Shown: positions 57,373 through 64,000 of the stretch, one piece after another | Numbering within the stretch: position 1 is the first letter of the stretch | How the letters are laid out: each line of letters starts with the position of its first letter | NCBI GenBank assembly: GCA_965223545.1 | Contig: OZ245006.1 | Location: forward strand, 832,001-896,000 | From: Planctomycetota bacterium | Lineage (GTDB): Bacteria > Planctomycetota > UBA1135 > UBA2386 | Direction of reading: 5' to 3' | Length of the DNA: 64,000 bases | Program-made: the position numbers and the translations under genes | The notes under the pieces: model-generated | Database searches by the model: none | What the model was told of the DNA's origin: nothing | What the model saw: only the letters and a program-made list of their open reading frames with translations

Positions 57373-57803
57373 CCCCTCCCCATGATCTGCAGCATGACGA
57401 AGTGGATCGCCATGTCCGCGGTGGTGAGGTAGAGCAGCATGAAGGCGACGGTCACGACCACCGCTAGCGTGCCCTTCCAGGTGTCGGCGAACGTCGGCCA
57501 GGTGACCTTGCGCAGCTCGCCCTCGGTGTCGATCAGCAGATCGGCGACCTTGGGGGCCGCCAGCCAGCGGTAGAGCGCAAACCCGCCCACCGCCAGGACG
57601 CCGAGCGCGACCGCCATCGGCATGTCGAGGCGACCGAGAATGGGGAACGGGTCGACCCAGGCATCGGACTGCCGGACTCCCATCCACGAGCGCAGCGACT
57701 GCACCAGTCCGGCCTCGCGGATACAGCCGTACCCGAGGAGCAAGAACAGCGCCCAGAACGCCACCATGCGGGCGTATCGGCCCTGGTCTTTCTTGTATGC
57801 CAC
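57369..57803 (-). CDS. secE: Preprotein translocase SecE (long, 3-TM type)
   Basis: LIDTEGELRKVTWP; YKKDQGRYAR N-terminus; synteny. Confidence 0.93.
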   Translation of the reverse strand: MAYKKDQGRYARMVAFWALFLLLGYGCIREAGLVQSLRSWMGVRQSDAWVDPFPILGRLDMPMAVALGVLAVGGFALYRWLAAPKVADLLIDTEGELRKVTWPTFADTWKGTLAVVVTVAFMLLYLTTADMAIHFVMLQIMGRG

Positions 57804-57864
57804 GACGGTGCGATCGGTTGGGGTCGGGACGCGCGGTCGCGCGCGGCCAGGTCTAGCGAGAAGT

Positions 57865-57941
57865 TGGCAGGGCAGGAAGGACTCGAACCCTCAACCCCCT
57901 GATTTGGAATCAGGTGCTCTAGCCAATTGAGCTACTGCCCT
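57865..57941 (-). tRNA. tRNA-Trp(CCA)
   Basis: AGGGCAG/CTGCCCT acceptor, CCTGA-ttCCAaa-TCAGG, CCA end. Confidence 0.97.
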
Positions 57942-57983
57942 TCGTGGACCACGGCGCGAACGCCGCGGCCCGGTCGGAATCTC

Positions 57984-59186
57984 TTACTCGAGGATCTCGG
58001 TGACCGCGCCAGCCCCCACCGTGCGACCACCCTCGCGGATGGCGAAGCGCTGGTTGGGGTCCATCGCGATCGGAGTGATCAGCTCGACTTCCACCTCGAC
58101 CGTGTCGCCCGGCATGCACATGTCCGCGGTGAGCAGGTTGGCGGTGCCGGTGACGTCGGTGGTGCGGAAGTAGAACTGCGGCCGGTAGCCCGAGAAGAAC
58201 GGCTTGTGGCGGCCACCCTCTTCCTTGTTGAGGGCGTACACCGTGGCCTTGAACTTGGTGTGCGGCGTGATGCTCTTCGGCGCCGCGAGCACCATGCCGC
58301 GCTCGAGCTCGGTCTTCTTGATGCCGCGCAGGAGCAGACCGGCGTTGTCGCCGGCCTGGCCCTCGTTCAGCGTCTTGTTGAACATCTCGACGCCGGTGCA
58401 GGTGGTCGCCCGGGTCTCCTTGATGCCGACGATCTCGACCGCGTCGCCGACCTTGATCTGACCGCGCTCGATGCGGCCGGTGCCGACCGTGCCGCGACCC
58501 TCGATCGAGAACACGTCCTCGATCGGCATCAGGAATGGCTTGTCGGTTTCGCGCACCGGCTCCGGGATGTGCTCGTCGATCGCCTCGAGCAGCTGGAAGA
58601 TGCACTCGCTGTCCGGGTTCTCCTTGCCCGGGTCCTTGGTGTGCAGCGCCTTGAACGAGGAGCCGCGGATCACCGGGACGTCGTCGCCGGGGAACTCGTA
58701 CTTGCTCAGCAGGTCGCGCACCTCCATCTCGACCAGGTCGAGCAGCTCGGGGTCGTCGACCTCGTCGATTTTGTTGAGGTAGACCACAATCGCCGGCACG
58801 TTCACCTGGCGGGCCAGGAGGATGTGCTCCTTGGTCTGCGGCATCGGACCGTCGTCGGCGGCGACCACCAGGATCGCACCGTCCATCTGCGCCGCGCCGG
58901 TGATCATGTTCTTGATGTAGTCGGCGTGGCCGGGGCAGTCGACGTGGGCGTAGTGCCGCTTCTCCGACTCGTACTCGACGTGCGCCGACGAGATCGTCAC
59001 CACGCGGGTCTCATCGCGCGCGGTGCCGCCCTTGGCGATGTCCGCGTAGGACTTGACCTTGGCCAGCCCGACGGCGGAAAGAGTGTGCAAGAGCGCCGCG
59101 GTCGTGGTCGTCTTGCCGTGGGCGACGTGCCCGATCGTGCCGACGTTGACGTGCGGCTTGGTACGCTCGAATTCTGCTTTGGCCAT
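57984..59186 (-). CDS. tuf: Elongation factor Tu
   Basis: [12 protein letters not shown](A)[40 protein letters not shown]. Confidence 0.99.
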   Translation of the reverse strand: MAKAEFERTKPHVNVGTIGHVAHGKTTTTAALLHTLSAVGLAKVKSYADIAKGGTARDETRVVTISSAHVEYESEKRHYAHVDCPGHADYIKNMITGAAQMDGAILVVAADDGPMPQTKEHILLARQVNVPAIVVYLNKIDEVDDPELLDLVEMEVRDLLSKYEFPGDDVPVIRGSSFKALHTKDPGKENPDSECIFQLLEAIDEHIPEPVRETDKPFLMPIEDVFSIEGRGTVGTGRIERGQIKVGDAVEIVGIKETRATTCTGVEMFNKTLNEGQAGDNAGLLLRGIKKTELERGMVLAAPKSITPHTKFKATVYALNKEEGGRHKPFFSGYRPQFYFRTTDVTGTANLLTADMCMPGDTVEVEVELITPIAMDPNQRFAIREGGRTVGAGAVTEILE

Positions 59187-59300
59187 TTCTTCTCGAGACC
59201 AGGTTGTGTGTCGAGGAGTTCGATGAGGCGGACGCGCACGCCGGCGCCCCGCGACGGAAAGTGGGGTCGGCACCTCGCCGCGGGGACGAGGCACCGGAGG

Positions 59301-59375
59301 TGGAGCTGCTAATGGGACTTGAACCCATGACCTCCTCCTTACCAAGGAGGTGCTCTACCACTGAGCTATAGCAGC
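59301..59375 (-). tRNA. tRNA-Thr(GGT)
   Basis: CCTCC-ttGGTaa-GGAGG anticodon arm, GCTGCTA/TAGCAGC acceptor, CCA. Confidence 0.97.
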
Positions 59376-59401
59376 GAACCGAAAACTGAGAAAAGAACAA
59401 C

Positions 59402-59475
<74 letters not shown>

Positions 59476-59517
59476 CGACGGATGCGCATCGACGGCGGGA
59501 TCGTGTTGAGAATGGGT

Positions 59518-59603
59518 TGGTGGGCAGAGCAGGATTCGAACCTGCGAAGGTGAAAACCACCAGATTTACAGTCTGGCCCCGTTGGCCGCTTGGGTATCTG
59601 CCC
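59518..59603 (-). tRNA. tRNA-Tyr(GTA)
   Basis: CCAGA-ctGTAaa-TCTGG, long variable arm, CCA. Confidence 0.97.
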
Positions 59604-59689
59604 TCCCGAGTCCAGAGCCGCTCGACCACCGTCGACCGCCTTCCACCGATGCACGAGCTGTCGATCTCCGGCAGCGCCGTCCACGCGAG

Positions 59690-59764
59690 TGGAGCTAGCG
59701 GTGGGATTTGAACCCACAACCTCCAGATTACAAATCAGGTGCTCTGCCGTTGAGCTACGCTAGC
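59690..59764 (-). tRNA. tRNA-Thr(TGT)
   Basis: CCTGA-ttTGTaa-TCTGG (one U-U mismatch), GCTAGCG/CGCTAGC acceptor, CCA. Confidence 0.93.
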
Positions 59765-59794
59765 AGCGTGCCTCTCGGCGGGAGGAGGCGGAGG

Positions 59795-59822
59795 AAGATA
59801 GCTCGGCCCCCCACCACGTCAA
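59795..59822 (-). promoter_or_regulatory. Sigma70-type promoter of the Thr-Tyr-Gly-Thr-tuf operon
   Basis: TTGACG-N16-TATCTT with a C-rich discriminator, about 30 nt before the first tRNA. Confidence 0.7.
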
Positions 59823-59879
59823 GGCCAAAAGGGGCTGGCGACAAGGTTGCCACCCGCGAGCAGGGGCGGGTGGCAGGCC

Positions 59880-61043
59880 TCACCGGCCGATCTCGCGGCA
59901 GGCGGCCCGGTGCTCGTCCGCGCGCCGGCGACATTCGGCCATCGACTCGCCGCCGACCCGGGCCAGGGTCGCGTCGGCCAGCACGAGCGCGACCATCGCC
60001 TCGACGACCACCGACGCCGCCGACACCGCGCAGACGTCGGACCGCTCGTAGCCGGCCTCCGCGGGCGCACCGCTGGCGAGGTCCACCGATGGCAGCGGCT
60101 GGCGCAGCGTGGCGATCGGCTTCATCGCCGCGCGCAGCACGACCGGTTGGCCGTTGGTCATGCCGGCCTCGATGCCGCCGGCGTGGTTGGTCGGCCGGGC
60201 CATGGCGACGGCCTCGCCGGCGGGCTCGATCGGGTCCTGCACCGATGACCCGGGCCGGCGCCCGGCCTCGAAACCGAGGCCGAGCTCGAACCCTTTGAAC
60301 GCGGGGATCGACATCACCGCTGCCGCCAACCGCGCGTCGAGTCGCTCGTGCCACTGGTTGCAGCTGCCGAGGCCGGGCAGCACGCCAAAGGCGTGCGCCT
60401 CGCAGATTCCGCCGACCGTGTCACCGGCCGCCGCCGCCGCCCGCACGGCGTCCAGCATGGCCGCGTCGGCGGCTTCGGTGAGGGTGTACAGCCGGCTGCC
60501 ATCGCGCCGCGCACGCAGCGCCGTAAGGGCGTCCCGCTCGATGGCTGCCTCGCCCTCCAGGACCGCCGCGCCGACGCCGCGCACGAAGCCGAACACCTCG
60601 CCGTCCAGGGCCGCGAGCAGCTGGGCCGCGACCGCGCCCGCCGCCACCCGCGCCGCGGTCTCGCGGGCCGAGGCCCGCTCGAGTGTGCCGCGGATGTCGC
60701 GGTCCAGGTAGCGGTAGCAGCCGGCGAGATCGGCGTGTCCCGGCCGCGGGCGGCTCGGCTCCGGCAGCGAGTCGATCGTCGCATCGCGGTTGCGCACCAC
60801 GAGGGCGAGCGGCGAGCCCAGCGTGCGGCCCCGGCGCACGCCGGCGGTGATCTCGACGGCGTCGTCCTCGATCCGCTGGCGGCCGCCGCGACCGGCGCCG
60901 CCCTGGCGGCGGCGCAGGGTCGCGTCGATGGCGCCGACGTCGAGCGCGAGCCCGCGCGGAACACCGTCCAGCACGACGGTCCCCGCGACGCCGTGGGACT
61001 CGCCGGCGGTCCGCATCGACAGCCGGCTCAGCAACGCGTGCAC
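59880..61043 (-). CDS. aroC: Chorismate synthase
   Basis: TAGESHG, RRQGG.GRG.R, PRPGHAD, ERASARETA, GGIEAGMTNG, MKPIATL, ERSDVC. Confidence 0.96.
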   Translation of the reverse strand: MHALLSRLSMRTAGESHGVAGTVVLDGVPRGLALDVGAIDATLRRRQGGAGRGGRQRIEDDAVEITAGVRRGRTLGSPLALVVRNRDATIDSLPEPSRPRPGHADLAGCYRYLDRDIRGTLERASARETAARVAAGAVAAQLLAALDGEVFGFVRGVGAAVLEGEAAIERDALTALRARRDGSRLYTLTEAADAAMLDAVRAAAAAGDTVGGICEAHAFGVLPGLGSCNQWHERLDARLAAAVMSIPAFKGFELGLGFEAGRRPGSSVQDPIEPAGEAVAMARPTNHAGGIEAGMTNGQPVVLRAAMKPIATLRQPLPSVDLASGAPAEAGYERSDVCAVSAASVVVEAMVALVLADATLARVGGESMAECRRRADEHRAACREIGR

Positions 61044-61077
61044 GGTGCCCCCGCACACTCGAGCACGGCCGCGCGAA

Positions 61078-61497
61078 TCACGCTTCGCCCTCCGCCGCTT
61101 CGCCGCTGGCCAACGCCCGGGCCACCGAAGCGAACTCGATCACGTCGAAGGGCTTGCGAAACACGCCGCGCACGGTCCGCATCGCCTGCAGCTGGCGCTC
61201 GACCACCGGGTCCAAGAAGCCGCTGATCACCAAGGCCGGCGGTGCCGCCGCCCGGTGCTCGAGGTCCTGCAGCACTTCGCGCCCGCCGAGGCCCGGCATG
61301 TCGAGATCGCACACCAGCAAGTCGACGCGTTCGCGATCGAGGGTTTCGAGTGCGGCCCGGCCATCGCCGACCGTCACGATCGACAACCCCTGGCGCGACA
61401 GCACCTCCGTCAGGAGGGCGCTGACGGCGACGTCGTTGTCCGCGACCAGGACCAGCGGCCGGGATGGCGACGCGCGGCGGCGGACGCGCTCGGTCAT
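61078..61497 (-). CDS. Single-domain response regulator (receiver)
   Basis: VLVADND, DLLVCDLDMPG, ISG, KPF. Confidence 0.88.
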   Translation of the reverse strand: MTERVRRRASPSRPLVLVADNDVAVSALLTEVLSRQGLSIVTVGDGRAALETLDRERVDLLVCDLDMPGLGGREVLQDLEHRAAAPPALVISGFLDPVVERQLQAMRTVRGVFRKPFDVIEFASVARALASGEAAEGEA

Positions 61498-61566
61498 GCG
61501 CTCACGTTCGGACCACGACGCGAGCCGGTCAACCTCCTTGCCGCCACTATTCGCCGGTGCCGGTCA

Positions 61567-63660
61567 TCAGGACCGATCGTCGGCGCCGAGCGGCTGCAGC
61601 CAGGACAGGTCGTCGAACGGCAGCTCCATGCGCATCTTGCCCACTTCGACCGTGCACAGCTCGCGCGATCGGTCGACCTTCTTGACCACGCAGCGGCGCC
61701 CGAGCCGCGGGCAGTAGACCACCGAGTTCTTGCGCAACGCCCCGACGAAGCGCATGCGGCGGCGGTGGATCGAGGTGTCGGCCCACACCTTGCGCAGCTC
61801 TTCCTGCAGCGCGACGGCGCGCGGCCCGAACGGCTTCGGCGCGTTCTGCAGGTCCTTGGCGGCGGCCTCGATGGCGGTGCGGGCACGGCGCAGCTGCTCG
61901 TCGACCAAGGCGTCGGCCTCCTCGTGCAGCCACAGCTCCCGGCGGCGCAGCTCGGTCAGCTGCGCCGCGCTGGCGTCGCGGTTGGCCTCGGCATCGCGGG
62001 CCGCCCGCGCGGTGCGCTGCCGGTCCTGCTCGGCCAGGCGCCGCGTCTCCTGCACGCGCAGCACGGCCTCCTCGACGGTTACGTCGCGACGGCCGAGGGT
62101 CTGCCGGGCACGCTCCACCAGCGCCGCGGGCATACCGACCTGCGCGGCGATGTCGAGCGCGTGGCTGGCGCCGGGCACGCCGACCTCGAGCCGGTACAGC
62201 GGCCGCAGGGTCTTGCCATCGAACGCCATCGATCCGTTCTCGGCACCCCCGTGGCGATAGGCGAACTCCTTGAGGCGGCCCAAGTGCGTGGTGACCGCGG
62301 CGCGCACCCCCGCGGCCTCGAGGTGCTCGAGCACCGCGTGCCCCAAGGCACCCCCCTCTTCGGGGTCGGTGCCCGCGCCGAGCTCGTCGAGCAGCACCAG
62401 CGCGCGCGGCGTCGCCGCCGTCAGGCAGCGCGCGATGCGGGTGACGTGCGAGGAAAAGGTCGACAGGTTCTGGCTGATGCCCTGCGCGTCGCCGATGTCG
62501 GCGAACACGCCGTCGAACAGCGGCACGCGCGAGCCGGCCGCGGCCGGGATCGGCACGCCGGCCAGCGCCATCAGCGACAGCAGCCCCAGCGTCTTCAGCA
62601 CGACCGTCTTGCCGCCGGTGTTGGGGCCGGTGATCACCAGCAAGTGGTGCGGGTCACCGAGGGCGACGTCGAGCGGCACCACGGGTTCGCCGTCGCCGCG
62701 CTCGAGCAGCAGCGGGTGCCGCGCGGCGCGCAACCGCAAGACGCCGTCGGCGGCGATCGCCGGCACGCAAAAGCCGTCCTCGTGGATCAGGCGGGCGCAG
62801 GCGACGCGCAGGTCGAGGTCCGCCAGCGCCTCGACGGCGGCGTCGAGCTCCGCGCGGCACCGCCCCAAGCCGCGCGCCACGTAGGCGAGCACCACTTGGA
62901 TCTCGCGCGCCTCGGCGGCGCGCGCATCGGAGAGTCGGTTGGCGGCGTCGACCACCACCGACGGCTCGATGAACAAGGTGGCCCCCGATTGGCTGCGATC
63001 GTGCAGCACTCCGGCGATCTGGCCGCGGTGCTCGGCGCGCACCTGGAACACCGGGCGGCCGTGGCGCCAGGACGGCTCGGGGGTCTGCAGGCACCGCGGC
63101 ACACCGGGCTCGGCGAGGAAGCGCTGCACCGCCGCCCGCACGCCGGCCTCGGCGTCGGCGATCTCGCGCCGCACCTCGGCGAGCTTGACCGAGGCGGTCG
63201 ACAACACCTCGCCGCGCATATCGACGACCGCTTCCAGCTCGGAGACCAGGTCGGCGAGCAGCGGCATCGCCTCGCCGGCGCCGCGCAGCGCGCTGTCCTC
63301 GGGCCGGGCCAGGAGCCAGCTGCGGCAACGCTCCGCCGCCCGGCCCAGCCGCAGCAGCTCGGCGAGATCGCGCGCCTCGAGGTGGTGCTCGCCGGCGAAG
63401 AACGCGCGCAACCAGGTGCGCACCTCGGGCACGGTGCCGAGCTGCAGCGGCGTGCCGGCGGCGGCCGCCGCCGCCAGCTCCGCGGCGCGCGCCAGATCGC
63501 GGCGCGGCGTTTCGGCGTCGCGCGCCGGCACCAGCGCCGCCACCGCGGCGCGGCCGAGCGGCGTGCTCAGCCGCGCCGACAGCAGCCGCCGCACCGCTTC
63601 GAACTCGAGCGCTTCGAGGTCGAAGCGCTCGGCGGCGGCAGGGGTGGCAGTGGTCGGCAT
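61567..63660 (-). CDS. mutS2: MutS2-family ATPase lacking the Smr domain
   Basis: HDRSQSGATLFIEP, ITGPNTGGKT, DIGD.Q.I.QNLSTFSSH, LLDELGAGTDP, TTH, GVPG.SHA, C-terminal KOW-like segment. Confidence 0.9.
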   Translation of the reverse strand: MPTTATPAAAERFDLEALEFEAVRRLLSARLSTPLGRAAVAALVPARDAETPRRDLARAAELAAAAAAGTPLQLGTVPEVRTWLRAFFAGEHHLEARDLAELLRLGRAAERCRSWLLARPEDSALRGAGEAMPLLADLVSELEAVVDMRGEVLSTASVKLAEVRREIADAEAGVRAAVQRFLAEPGVPRCLQTPEPSWRHGRPVFQVRAEHRGQIAGVLHDRSQSGATLFIEPSVVVDAANRLSDARAAEAREIQVVLAYVARGLGRCRAELDAAVEALADLDLRVACARLIHEDGFCVPAIAADGVLRLRAARHPLLLERGDGEPVVPLDVALGDPHHLLVITGPNTGGKTVVLKTLGLLSLMALAGVPIPAAAGSRVPLFDGVFADIGDAQGISQNLSTFSSHVTRIARCLTAATPRALVLLDELGAGTDPEEGGALGHAVLEHLEAAGVRAAVTTHLGRLKEFAYRHGGAENGSMAFDGKTLRPLYRLEVGVPGASHALDIAAQVGMPAALVERARQTLGRRDVTVEEAVLRVQETRRLAEQDRQRTARAARDAEANRDASAAQLTELRRRELWLHEEADALVDEQLRRARTAIEAAAKDLQNAPKPFGPRAVALQEELRKVWADTSIHRRRMRFVGALRKNSVVYCPRLGRRCVVKKVDRSRELCTVEVGKMRMELPFDDLSWLQPLGADDRS

Positions 63661-63766
63661 GGCGCGGCAAATACGACACCGCCCGGCCGCGGCGCGCAAA
63701 CAGAACGCTGGTGGCACCCCGGCATCCGCTTACACTGCCGCGCGTTCAGCCAAAGCCACTTCACGC

Positions 63767-64000
63767 ATGACGACAGAGCACGCCTTCGGCACCCGCGCGA
63801 TCCACGCCGGCAACACGCCCGACCCCACCACCGGAGCGATCATGCCGCCGGTGTATCTGACCAGCACCTATGTCCAGGCCGAGCCCGCGGTGCTCAAGGG
63901 CTACGACTACTCGCGCACGTGCAATCCGACGCGGACCGCGCTGGAGCAGAACCTCGCCGCGCTGGAGGGCGCCGCGCACGGGTTGGCGTTCGCCAGCGGC
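63767..64000 (+). CDS. Cystathionine gamma-synthase/lyase family PLP enzyme (3' truncated by window)
   Basis: Translated by hand: MTTEHAFGTRAIHAG...PDPTTGAIMPPVYLTSTY...YDYSRTCNPTR...LAALEG...AFASG. Confidence 0.92.
   Translation, partial: MTTEHAFGTRAIHAGNTPDPTTGAIMPPVYLTSTYVQAEPAVLKGYDYSRTCNPTRTALEQNLAALEGAAHGLAFASG

Noticed and set aside
57942..57983. Missing rpmG between tuf and tRNA-Trp/secE
   Set aside because: rpmG position varies widely among bacteria; not informative alone

Overview
High-GC bacterial chromosome segment, probably Planctomycetota. This is inferred from the EF-Tu switch-I variant [19 protein letters not shown] and the RpoB motif [21 protein letters not shown]. Bases 1-21.7 kb are an accessory Wzx/Wzy surface-polysaccharide locus with visibly weaker GC3 bias. 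It carries an unusual set of modification genes: UDP-sulfoquinovose synthase, a CDP-polyol module with a TagF-type transferase, a D-Asp-ligase-like ATP-grasp enzyme and a kinase-degenerate Wzc. It ends in two tandem paralogous secreted beta-helix proteins. Bases 21.8-46.2 kb are mostly housekeeping genes (smpB, tRNA-Leu, dusB, pcnB, panB, folE, galT-like, M20 peptidase, CLC). They also contain a lower-GC formyltransferase + deacetylase cassette flanked by long hairpins, and a complete 1246-bp IS1-like element (20-bp TIRs, 9-bp TSD) that split a TPR-SMP30 fusion gene. Bases 46.2-59.8 kb are the minus-strand tRNA-tuf-secE-nusG-rplKAJL-rpoBC cluster, followed by aroC, a receiver-domain protein, an Smr-less MutS2 and a partial trans-sulfuration gene. 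The main oddities are an EF-Tu P-loop D21A substitution, a PcnB with a probable non-AUG start and a ~330-aa charge-blocky disordered tail, the glycan chemistry, and the IS. No CRISPR, rRNA, tmRNA or integrase was seen. All calls come from motif recognition by eye; no searches were run.
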